From Myxococcales bacterium (lineage in GTDB: Bacteria; Myxococcota_A; UBA9042): a stretch of 41,390 nucleotides of DNA. The position numbers and the translations under genes are program-made. Location: contig JBBISH010000050.1 of the NCBI GenBank assembly GCA_037441385.1, positions 1 to 41,390 on the forward strand, read 5' to 3'. Under the pieces are notes generated by a model, which saw only the letters and a program-made list of their open reading frames with translations, did not search any database and was not told where the DNA came from. Below are positions 27,445 to 41,390 of this stretch, in pieces (the first letter of the stretch is position 1; every line of letters starts with the position of its first letter).

Positions 27445-28167
27445 ATGCTTTTCATGCCTGACAAAGTGACGCCGATGCTGCTGCTCATGGCCGACATCAG
27501 CGGCTATACCCAGTACTTGGTCCGCAATGCCAACGAGTTGGCGCATGCGCAGCTGATGCTCACCAGTCTGCTCGAAGCGGTACTGCAGCGCGCCAAGTTG
27601 CCGTTGCAAGTCAGCAAGATCGAAGGCGACGCCGTGTTCATGTACGCCCTGGCAGGCGACGCGGCGCAATGGTCGGTCGACCGCTTGGTCATCCGCAGTC
27701 GGCTCGCGGAGTTTCAGCGGCTCTTTCGCCAGCGACTGCAGCTGCTGCAGGACCATCACACGTGCCAATGCGGAGCTTGTCGCCACCTCAGCAGCCTGAC
27801 TATCAAGTTCATCGTCCATTTTGGCCAGGCACTCCAGCACCGCGTTGGCCGGCATCGCGAGCTGGCTGGGCCAGATGTGATCCTAGTGCATCGACTGCTC
27901 AAAAACTCCGTTCCTGTCCGAAGTTATGTGCTCGCCACTGCGGCTGCCGACCGCGAACTGCAGCTGTCGCAGCTGGCGCCGGTTCGCGCAATCACCGAAG
28001 CGATCGACGAATTTGGCGACGTTGCACTGGTGTGGCTGCCCGAACTGCCGCATTCGCCCGAGCCGCCGGCGCGTGGCCTGCGCGGGTGGATCGCGGCCAA
28101 ACTCGCGGCAGCGTGGGCGATGTTCCTGGTCCCGCGGCGGGTTTTCCGGGCGCTGCCGTTCGAGTAG
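27445..28167 (+). CDS. DUF2652 family protein (class III nucleotide-cyclase-like fold)
   Basis: ADISGYT, KIEGDAVF, CQCGAC, KFIVHFG and GPDVILVHRLLKNSV motifs; GGAGG upstream. Confidence 0.88.
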   Translation: MLFMPDKVTPMLLLMADISGYTQYLVRNANELAHAQLMLTSLLEAVLQRAKLPLQVSKIEGDAVFMYALAGDAAQWSVDRLVIRSRLAEFQRLFRQRLQLLQDHHTCQCGACRHLSSLTIKFIVHFGQALQHRVGRHRELAGPDVILVHRLLKNSVPVRSYVLATAAADRELQLSQLAPVRAITEAIDEFGDVALVWLPELPHSPEPPARGLRGWIAAKLAAAWAMFLVPRRVFRALPFE

Positions 28168-28207
28168 TCGCTGCCTGCGCCCAAGACCGCGCGGTCGACG
28201 GCGCCCC

Positions 28208-28291
28208 GGCACCGCGGGCACGAGCCACGGCACCGCCGGCACGAGCCAGAGCGTGTCTGGCGCGAGCCAGGGCGTGTCTGGCGCGAGGGTG
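28208..28291. repeat. Degenerate 21-bp tandem repeat x4
   Basis: GGCACCGCGGGCACGAGCCAC / GGCACCGCCGGCACGAGCCAG / AGCGTGTCTGGCGCGAGCCAG / GGCGTGTCTGGCGCGAGGGTG. Confidence 0.75.
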
Positions 28292-28326
28292 GGCAAGGGC
28301 GGCCACGAGCTGGAAATCATCCGGAA

Positions 28327-28755
28327 TAGGCACCGCACCTGATTCGCGCCTGTACGGCATTTCCGGCCCGTTCTGCAACGGGCGAGAATCAGGCGGGGAC
28401 CCCGGTTCGGGCCTGCCTTACCGGATGGCTACTAGTGCCGTAAATGCAGTGGAAACCTGTGAGATCCTTGGCACTTGTCCATCACCCCGCCGCCTTCGGC
28501 GTCTGCCCCGCTCTCCCGGCGCCGCTGGCGCCACTCGCTCGCTTCGCTCACCGCGGGGACCCTTCCTCTCCCAACGCTTTGGGCGAGGGGCAATGCAATT
28601 TCCCTTTACTTCTCGCCAACTTCAGTGGGAGATGGGTCGGCCGCAGGCCAGGGGTGAGGGCTATCGGCGCTGCGTCAGAGTAGGCAAGCGGTAAGGCAGG
28701 GGTTCGGGCCCGAAGAATTGCCCGAGTTTTCGATCCGATTTGGACGGAACTGGCA
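28327..28755. mobile_element. MITE family A, copy 3, interrupted by family B
   Basis: Removing 28412-28708 (insert plus one copy of the duplication) restores exactly 132 bp collinear with 5702-5833. Flanks are GAA/TAA. Confidence 0.85.
28412..28700. mobile_element. MITE family B, copy 2 (289 bp) with 8-bp target duplication
   Basis: Inverted repeats CCTGCCTTACCGGATGGCTACT / AGTAGGCAAGCGGTAAGGCAGG (19/22). GGTTCGGG is duplicated at 28404-28411 and 28701-28708. Confidence 0.9.
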
Positions 28756-28900
28756 TAACGGCCAGTGGTTGCAGGGCAGGGCCCGCGGGCTTCTGCAGGC
28801 CAGCCCGGCGTTGGATCGGCGAGTTGGCTGCTCCCGGCGAGGAGTGCTACTCTGGCATGGATCGTAGCGGTCAGCTATGCGCACCGCGGGCAAGGCGACC

Positions 28901-30832
<1,932 letters not shown>

Positions 30833-30934
30833 CGCACGCTTACGCAAAAGTGTCGGTCGCCTGCTGGCCACGTCCGGGGTGCAAATCAGTTTCTTTGTGG
30901 CTCGCGCCTTGGCCGGGCGTCGCATCCGCTGCGA

Positions 30935-31915
30935 CTACAGCGTGCGCACGCAGCTGAACCATTGGGCCGAATTGCCGTGGATGGCGCGTACCTCGCCGCG
31001 GGGGAAATCGACCGCCCAGCCAAACAGCCCCGGCGCCCCGCCCACTGGCCGCACCGTCCAGTACACCTGCGGCAGCAGGAAGAACACCAGCGCATCCACC
31101 ATGGGCGGGCCCTGCGAGCGGTCGACCAGCGACGAGAGTTCGCGCACCGTGGGCAGCCGCCAGCCGCCGGGCGGCGTGTCGTGCTTGGCGCACCAGCCCA
31201 GCGAAAACAAGAACGGGTAGGTATTGACGGTAATGGGCCGCAGCCACACCAGATTCAGCAGTTGGTCGGTGGCGTTTTCGGCGTCTTTGGCCAAGAACCG
31301 CGGCGTTGGCCCGTGCGGCGGAGCGCCATCGCGGCGCACACAGCGCGCGCCATGCAGTGCGGTCAACGGCTCGCGTTCGGTCTGCCCAAAGGCGAATTCG
31401 ACGATCCAGCCCTGCGAACCTGCAGTCGACAAGGTCCAGTCGCGGCGGCCGCGGGCACTGACCTCGAGAATGGCCACCGGACCGGGCGGCGCAGCGGCAT
31501 AGTCGACCAGGGTCTGCAGTTCGGCGGCAGTGGGCAGGCGCCAGTCCGCGTGGCCCGCAAGCCGCAGTTGGTCGCAATATTCCTGGGATTTCTGCGCATT
31601 GCGCAAGACCGCGTCGGGCCCCGACTGCCAATCCAAGCCCGTAGCCGCGTCGTGCAAAGTGCCGTCGCCCATGGCGGCCACTTGCGTCGGCGAGTCGGGA
31701 AGTGGCCCCCACACCGGCAGGTCTGGAGCGCAGACTTGCCGCTTTGTGCCGTCGTCGTCCAGGGTTACGCTGTACCACGGCCCCGGCGGACATGGGGTGG
31801 CCGGCGCTGCGCCGTCGGTCGACACGGCGTCGACGTTGGCCACGTTGGCCGGCACCGCGGCCGGGTCCGAACAGGCGGCCAGCACAAGGAACGTTAGCAA
31901 GATCGGCGGCTTCAC
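30935..31915 (-). CDS. Lipoprotein with two DUF1566 (Lcl C-terminal) domains
   Basis: GTG start at 31915 (GTGA overlap with the upstream stop), LVLAAC lipobox. DAATGLDWQ...YC...GHADWRLPTAAELQTL and a second WRLPTVREL copy ending SCVR. Confidence 0.88.
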   Translation of the reverse strand: MKPPILLTFLVLAACSDPAAVPANVANVDAVSTDGAAPATPCPPGPWYSVTLDDDGTKRQVCAPDLPVWGPLPDSPTQVAAMGDGTLHDAATGLDWQSGPDAVLRNAQKSQEYCDQLRLAGHADWRLPTAAELQTLVDYAAAPPGPVAILEVSARGRRDWTLSTAGSQGWIVEFAFGQTEREPLTALHGARCVRRDGAPPHGPTPRFLAKDAENATDQLLNLVWLRPITVNTYPFLFSLGWCAKHDTPPGGWRLPTVRELSSLVDRSQGPPMVDALVFFLLPQVYWTVRPVGGAPGLFGWAVDFPRGEVRAIHGNSAQWFSCVRTL

Positions 31916-33108
31916 TGGATGCACCGTACACGCTGGGCGGTGGGTGGCCCGTCCAGACCGCGGAGTTCGCCCTGCTTGAAGTCGGCCCGCCACAGCATCA
32001 CCTGCGGCACCACGGGCGACGCGGAGATCAGGCTCCAGCCTTGGCTGCCGTCGTCGACCAGCGGCGGCGCGAGCGCCGGTTCGTGGCGACTTACGTCTTG
32101 AAGGTCAATGAGTTCGCGAATCGTGGGAAGACGCCAGGGGCGATCGCCAGCGCCGTGGGCCAGCCCGACGCACCAAACGAGCGCGGCCACGTCGTCCATC
32201 GCCGCACTGGGCGCTGTCTGCCAAATCGTGCCATAACGCCGATCCAGCACCGCCTTGCCACCAGGCAGCTCGGCCCACTCGGTCACGCCCTCGCGCAGGC
32301 CCAAGTTGGTGGGCGCCCCGCGCACGCAGCGGGTCGTGCAGACCATCGCGCCGGGCTGCTGTGACACGGGCCACAAGACGCTGTGCGCGTCGACAAAGTT
32401 GACCATCCAGCGCCCGTTGCCGTCAGCGCCCGCGGTGGCTGTCCAAACACACATGTGGTCCGGATCGGTTGACCGATGTGGCGCCCAGCTCATCGGTCCT
32501 TCCAGGTCAAAGTCGACCAGGCTCAACGCCTCGGTGCGCGTTGGCAGCCGCCAGTCGGCGTGGCCGCCGATCGTCGCGGTGGCACAGAATAGCGGGCTGG
32601 CAAAATAGCCGTCGGCCGGGGCGATGGCCTTGCTCCACTCCAAGCCCGTGCTGGTGTCGAGGATGGTCTCCGCGGTTTCGACATAGGCGTCGATGCGGTG
32701 ACCCATCGGCTGTGCTGGCCAAGTGCGGAATTGTGCTACGCAAACCGGGCCGCCGCCGCTGCTGCCGCGAGCGATGCAGCGGTACCCAGGTGGGCAGTCG
32801 GCGGGTGCGTCGGGTTGGCTGCACGGCCCGGCCAAGTGGCGATTGGGGCCCGCGCAGTCGGCCGGGCACGACTCGACCCACTCGCGGCCCGTGCACACGC
32901 CGTCGCCGCAGCCGAGCCCAGGGCGCGTGTCGGCCGCGGCGTCAGCCGAAGCGTCGGCTGGCCAGGCAAAGTCGGCGGCGGTCGGCAATGGGCGGCACGC
33001 CAGCGCGAACAGGAGGCATATGCCCGGTGAAAAGTGGGCGCGCTTGGTTGGCCGCCGTGCAAGGCAAGACGGGCGGCAGGTCGGGCGCAAGTCAGACACG
33101 CTGCTCAT
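31912..33108 (-). CDS. Secreted protein/lipoprotein with Cys module and two DUF1566 domains
   Basis: LLFALAC, CGDGVC...CPADC, DTSTGLEW...GGHADWRLPTRTE...RCVR, second WRLPTIREL...VRCI. Start uncertain. Confidence 0.85.
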   Translation of the reverse strand: MSSVSDLRPTCRPSCLARRPTKRAHFSPGICLLFALACRPLPTAADFAWPADASADAAADTRPGLGCGDGVCTGREWVESCPADCAGPNRHLAGPCSQPDAPADCPPGYRCIARGSSGGGPVCVAQFRTWPAQPMGHRIDAYVETAETILDTSTGLEWSKAIAPADGYFASPLFCATATIGGHADWRLPTRTEALSLVDFDLEGPMSWAPHRSTDPDHMCVWTATAGADGNGRWMVNFVDAHSVLWPVSQQPGAMVCTTRCVRGAPTNLGLREGVTEWAELPGGKAVLDRRYGTIWQTAPSAAMDDVAALVWCVGLAHGAGDRPWRLPTIRELIDLQDVSRHEPALAPPLVDDGSQGWSLISASPVVPQVMLWRADFKQGELRGLDGPPTAQRVRCIQ

Positions 33109-33309
33109 GATTCTGCATGCGCGGGCACGAGCCGCGGGTCAAGGTCCGGCCAGTGGGCGGAGGTCCAAGCAGGCTACCGCGGGGCTTGGGTCGCGTCAAC
33201 GGCGCCCTTCGACCGGTTGCTGTCCGCTGAAAGTTCAAGCATAACGCCGCAGCAATGCGTGAAAAATACGCCTGCGCCCTTCTGCCGCGCGGCGGCCGGG
33301 CGCAAGCGC

Positions 33310-37367
<4,058 letters not shown>

Positions 37368-37966
37368 CGTCGCTCCTTGTCCTCGGCCACCGGGAGATTC
37401 AAAGGGGAATGGACGGCCCCCGCCGGCACCGGGACGCCCCATGTTCCGCAGGCCGGTCGTCGCCGGGATCATAGGGCACGCCATCGCTCCTGCCAACGGC
37501 GCTCGGGTTGCGATCGGCCGGCCAGGTCACGGGCTCGCGATGGGCAGCTCTCAGAAAACGTGGCATTTGTTGGGCCGCCTTCCTGGAGTCTGGCAACTGT
37601 GCCCAGCCCAAGTAGGAGTCCGCAGAGACCGCTCATGCTGACCGCGTACGCGTAGATCCTATGAACACCCGGCCACCGCGGCCGAGGGAAAAGGCCAGCA
37701 GCCTCAGACGACACTCGGGGGCCTGGCCGCCGATCCCCTGCGGCCTGCGCGGCCCGCGCCAAAGGGCCATCGGCCCTCTGGACACCCTCGGGGGATCCCC
37801 TTTCGGGCCCTGGCGCCATGGTCCGGCGGTCGCTTGATTTGCCGGAGGTGATCGGGCCACGCTCGGTCCGGCGCGCGGGATTGTAGCCCGCGTTGTCGCC
37901 TTTACGGTTCAGCACCAAGGAGTTCGCAATCACTCTTGGCCTCGACAATGCCGCCTACGGCGGCGG

Positions 37967-38272
37967 GCGACCACATCCGCTTCCGATTCTACGCGCACGA
38001 ACCGGGCTCTGTACATCGCTTTCGATATGGGTCGCGACAGCTGGCAGTTCGCAGCAGGCGACGGCGGTAAGACCCGGCGTGAACTCAAGATTTTGCGCAC
38101 CGACCTGGCTCAGGGCAAGCGCGACATCATCGCCGAAATCGCCAAGGCCAAGGTGCATTTCGGCCTGCCCGACGATGCCCCGATCCACGCTGTCTACGAA
38201 GCGGGTCGCGACGGCTTCTGGTTTGCACGCTGGCTGGGCAGCATCGGCGTCCAGTGCATGGTTATCGACCCG
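37967..38272 (+). pseudogene. IS110-family transposase N-terminal (DEDD) fragment
   Basis: LYIAFDMGRDSW...YEAGRDGFWFARWL...GVQCMVIDP, truncated next to the recombinase element. No in-frame start codon upstream of the first motif. Confidence 0.85.
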
Positions 38273-38286
38273 TTGATCCGTTCATA

Positions 38287-40563
38287 CTACGACTCCTTGA
38301 TTTCAGCGTTGACAATTTGGTCAAACAGCCCCGGCTGTGATGTGTAACTAGGCTCCGTGACATTGATTCTCCAGACCTCGCTCTTGCCCACCAGAGTGCG
38401 AACGCCCTCGATCTTGCCTGTCTTGACCCAATTGGCAGCCAGTGACTTGCTGATGCCCAGCCGCCGGGCAGCGACCTGCAGACTGACCCAGTGTGCGGGC
38501 GCAGTGCCGCTCCTGAGGCGTTTGCGCACCGCGGCAGTCAAGTAGATGCGCCATGGCGCGGCGGGTGCAGCCTGCTCGGCGGCACGAATTCCGTCGCGGA
38601 TCCATGCCAGGACCGTGTTGGCGTGCACACCCAGCTCGCGGGCGGCCTCGTCGGCGGTGAACGGGCCGTCGATTCGGGTGCCGGGCTTGGGCCCTGGTGC
38701 CGCTGGAATGTGGTAGCGGCCCCGCATCGAAATCACACTGGATTTGGTGAAGGCCAGGCCCCTGCCGCTGCGTCGCCCCTGCCGGTTGAGGATCCGGGCA
38801 ATCTGGGTATCGTCGAAATCCGTCGCCAGCTTGCGCACCAGCGCGATGATGTCTTCGTCGGTGGCGTTGCCTTGTCCCGCGGCGAAGTGTTGCACCTTTT
38901 GGTCGGTCACCGCGCCGCCATGCCAGACGATCCGCACGTAGTGCCACTCTGGGTCGGTGCGCAGCTGGACCTCTTGAATCAGCGCCCGCAGAAGGCGCTT
39001 TTTGTCGCGCAGCGTCGTGGTTGGTGCGCTCCAGACCTGCCGCAGGTCGCCGCCCAGGGCTTGGGCCGCGGCCAATTCCGCCGCATTGAGCGTACGCTGG
39101 CCAGCCTGTTCGGCGGCCGCCTTGGCGCGAATCGCGGCCACGTCTTCTAAGCGAGCGTTCCAGCGACGCTCCAACTCCCGAACAACGACGCGGTTTTCGG
39201 GCTCCACGGCCATGTACTGGCGCTCGGCGCGCTCGGCCTCGTACTGCGCCTTCTCAAGCTGAAGCGACCAGACCCGTTGAGTAGCCTCGAATTCTTGGCG
39301 AAGCTGCTCACCCGCAAGGGCTGCCGCTTCCGCGCCGGCCTGGTCGGCCACCGCCAGCGCTGCCTCGACCACCAGCGCTTCAATCCGCTTGCCGCCAAGT
39401 ACTTGGCACTCAGGGCCCGGTTCTTGCCTAAGCTTGGGCAGCGAGCAGCGATACTGCAGTGTGCGCGTCGCTCGCTCTCCGCCGTAGCTCACGTACATGT
39501 GCCTGCTGCAATGGCCACACAGCACGATGCCTTGCAGCAAGCCGTGCCCTTCGCGCGGCGCGCCGGCATGGCCTTGGTCCACAGTTCCGACGTTCATCGC
39601 TTGGTTCGCTCGCAGGCGCTCTTGGTTGCGCACATACCGATCCAGGGTGATATAGGCCGGATGATGGTCGCGAATCAAGACGGGCCACTGCGCCATCGCG
39701 CGCTGCCGCTTGAGTTTGACCTCGACCCGCTGGGTCTCGGGGTCCAGTTGGCGCACCGTGCGGGCCCGGCCAAACGCGAAGACGCCCGCATAGATGGGAT
39801 GGATCAGCGTCGAGTAGATCAGCCGATTGCTGACCGTCGTCCACACCACCTCATGACCGCGGTGACGGATCCGTCGAACCGGAAACGGCAAGCCCGCATC
39901 GCACCACCACAAGAAGACTTGGCGGGCGCTGCCAAGTTCGTCGAACTTCTCAAAAACCTGACGCAATGCCGCCTGTACCGCCTCGTCGGCGGTCATCACC
40001 CACTTGCCGTCCAGGTCGACATCGTAGCCGGCCGGCGGGACCGTGAACTCCTCGCCGCGCCGCGCCTTATTCCAACGCGCCTCGACCATCCGGTGCACCA
40101 AGCCGTCGCGCTCCATCTCGCTGACTTGCCCCCGGATTCCCAAGACCATGCGATCGGCGCTCGCCGCCGGGTCGTAGACGCCTTGCTCGTCGGCAATCAG
40201 CGTACCCGTCCAGCGACACAGATACACCAAGTGACTCCAGTCGGCGTCGTTGCGGGCCAGGCGCGACACCTCCAGGCTGAGCACCAGTCCGACCTCGGAC
40301 CGCGCTACTGCGCTGACCAGCTTGGAAAAGCCCGGACGCGCCTGCGCCACTGCCCCGCTCTTGCCCTGATCTTCATCGATGACCGTCACGGCCGCGGGAC
40401 TCCAGCCCATCCGCACGGCTTCTTCGGCGAACGCGTACTGCCGACGCTGACTTTCGAGATTATTGCGTACCTGCTGCAGCGAGGACTGCCGCACGTAGAC
40501 CAGGGCGGACCGTGCAAGATGCTCCGCGGTGATCTTAGACTGCTGAGAGAGCATTGGATTCAT
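38287..40563 (-). CDS. Large serine recombinase (resolvase + recombinase + Zn ribbon + C-terminal HTHs)
   Basis: VYVRQSSLQQV (catalytic Ser), DEDQGKSG, EVSRLAR, HPIYAG, LLQGIVLCGHC...YRC, coiled coil, DTQIARILNRQG and terminal HTH motifs. Confidence 0.95.
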   Translation of the reverse strand: MNPMLSQQSKITAEHLARSALVYVRQSSLQQVRNNLESQRRQYAFAEEAVRMGWSPAAVTVIDEDQGKSGAVAQARPGFSKLVSAVARSEVGLVLSLEVSRLARNDADWSHLVYLCRWTGTLIADEQGVYDPAASADRMVLGIRGQVSEMERDGLVHRMVEARWNKARRGEEFTVPPAGYDVDLDGKWVMTADEAVQAALRQVFEKFDELGSARQVFLWWCDAGLPFPVRRIRHRGHEVVWTTVSNRLIYSTLIHPIYAGVFAFGRARTVRQLDPETQRVEVKLKRQRAMAQWPVLIRDHHPAYITLDRYVRNQERLRANQAMNVGTVDQGHAGAPREGHGLLQGIVLCGHCSRHMYVSYGGERATRTLQYRCSLPKLRQEPGPECQVLGGKRIEALVVEAALAVADQAGAEAAALAGEQLRQEFEATQRVWSLQLEKAQYEAERAERQYMAVEPENRVVVRELERRWNARLEDVAAIRAKAAAEQAGQRTLNAAELAAAQALGGDLRQVWSAPTTTLRDKKRLLRALIQEVQLRTDPEWHYVRIVWHGGAVTDQKVQHFAAGQGNATDEDIIALVRKLATDFDDTQIARILNRQGRRSGRGLAFTKSSVISMRGRYHIPAAPGPKPGTRIDGPFTADEAARELGVHANTVLAWIRDGIRAAEQAAPAAPWRIYLTAAVRKRLRSGTAPAHWVSLQVAARRLGISKSLAANWVKTGKIEGVRTLVGKSEVWRINVTEPSYTSQPGLFDQIVNAEIKES

Positions 40564-40784
40564 GATGGTTCTCCTGATGTCGAGGGGCTCGCTGCTTCAT
40601 TCGGTTTGGCCGCGGGCCCAGGCATGGCAGCCTGTTCGGCCTTGTCGGCCTTCTGCGCCGCCGCGGCGATGAGCCTAGCCAACAAGGTCAAGGCTTCCTG
40701 CCGGTTTAGCTTGGGCAATTGCCGCCACAGCGCTGCCGCTGCGACGCGTTCGCCGTTGAAATCCAAAGAGACTTGTCGGTTCAT
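40560..40784 (-). CDS. Small accessory protein of the recombinase element
   Basis: 74 aa, QVSLDF...LWRQLP...EALTLLARLI. Its stop overlaps the recombinase start (ATGA), and AGGAG lies upstream of the recombinase ATG. Confidence 0.7.
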   Translation of the reverse strand: MNRQVSLDFNGERVAAAALWRQLPKLNRQEALTLLARLIAAAAQKADKAEQAAMPGPAAKPNEAASPSTSGEPS

Positions 40785-40838
40785 TACGGGACCTAGCCAA
40801 GGTGGAGGCCCCGATCACCGCATGCCCGGCCACGCCGC

Positions 40839-41105
40839 TCAAGACCGCCCTCTCATGCGGCTAACCAGTTCCGTCGCAGCCAGCAGCGAGCCCAAGGTAA
40901 AGTACCGGTCGGCGCAACGCTCGGCCGCTGGCCCGTCCAGGTCGGTCCACGACCGCGGGATGCGCATCCAGGTCCCGTCTGTGCAATCGACGACGACGTT
41001 GTTGCGGCCAACGCTGCGCAGCCGAAGTACCTGACCCTGCAGTGGATGGTGCGGGCGGGTGACCTGGACTTCGCCCTGCAAAAGCTGTGTGTGGTACTTA
41101 GTGTG
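40839..41105 (-). CDS. Y4bD/Y4pK (DUF5372)-like protein, lacking its own ATG
   Basis: VQVTRPHHPLQGQ...DGTWMRIPRSWTDL...FTLGSLLAATELV matches the family pattern. Inside the element only a TTG without an obvious RBS lies upstream of the first motif. Confidence 0.7.
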   Translation of the reverse strand, partial: HTKYHTQLLQGEVQVTRPHHPLQGQVLRLRSVGRNNVVVDCTDGTWMRIPRSWTDLDGPAAERCADRYFTLGSLLAATELVSRMRGRS

Positions 41106-41107
41106 TC

Positions 41108-41346
41108 GTGCAGCATCCCGCCGCGAACTGACCACAAGCGAGGAAAGCCTTGACGGCTTTGTGCAGGTAATTCGGGAGCTTGCCGCCCGTCTGCTCGCGG
41201 ATGTCGGCCGGGACCTCTGGCCAGCCCTGGCGAACGGCGCGGTGCAGGGCACCTTCTTCGGGTTGGCGGCGCTCGTAGGTACACGACGGCCGAAGCGGCT
41301 GGGCCTCGGGGACAGTTGGCGTAGCGATGGCAGAAAGCGCACGCAT
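41108..41346 (-). pseudogene. IS91-family transposase N-terminal (Zn-binding region) fragment
   Basis: YERRQPEEGALHRAV...LPNYLHKAVKAFLACGQFAAG matches IS91-like Y.RR.PE...L...V...LP..V..EF..YL.CG....GF. It is cut off at the recombinase element. Confidence 0.8.
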
Positions 41347-41390
41347 CGATAGGGTGATCGACGCGAGCACGCACTTTGCCGCGGTGGTCG

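Larger units (their letters stand above)
38277..41107 (-). mobile_element. y4bA/y4bD-type large serine recombinase element
   Basis: Three co-oriented genes (Y4bD/DUF5372-like, small helical ORF, recombinase) bounded by truncated transposases. Both ends carry a GA dinucleotide with GTA/TAC placed symmetrically 12 bp inside. Exact ends are inferred. Confidence 0.7.

Noticed and set aside
30935..33108. Diversity-generating retroelement targeting the DUF1566 genes
   Set aside because: No reverse transcriptase and no near-identical template/variable repeat pair differing at adenines visible in the window.

Overview
High-GC accessory region, probably from a Myxococcota/Deltaproteobacteria-type genome (inferred from the Cys-rich CxGKxCGxDGCGGxCGxC lipoproteins, Ser/Thr kinase and STAND cyclase). 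The core is a tightly coupled four-gene minus-strand operon (24382->6244). It encodes a ~3,800-aa secreted Cys-rich protein (two RCC1-like propellers, three LamG domains, a SUEL lectin nested in one LamG, and a C-terminal beta-sheet domain), a 647-aa protein resembling the beta-barrel + alpha-solenoid half of eukaryotic large lipid transfer proteins (vitellogenin/MTP/apoB), and two Cys-rich lipoproteins. The best candidate for a new system is a split, bacterial vitellogenin/MTP-like lipid-transfer complex. The right end holds a y4bA/y4bD-type large-serine-recombinase element whose excision circle would put an RBS+ATG in frame onto its headless first gene. It is flanked by IS110 and IS91 fragments. 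Two small non-autonomous repeat families occur: a 132-bp one with TNA duplications (3 copies), and a CCTGCCTTACCG-ended one (2 copies, one nested in the first family with an 8-bp duplication). Also present are IS1634 and IS91 remnants, SnoaL-like, peroxiredoxin-like, DUF2652, kinase and DUF1566 genes, and three disrupted genes. All family calls come from motif recognition by eye; no searches were run.
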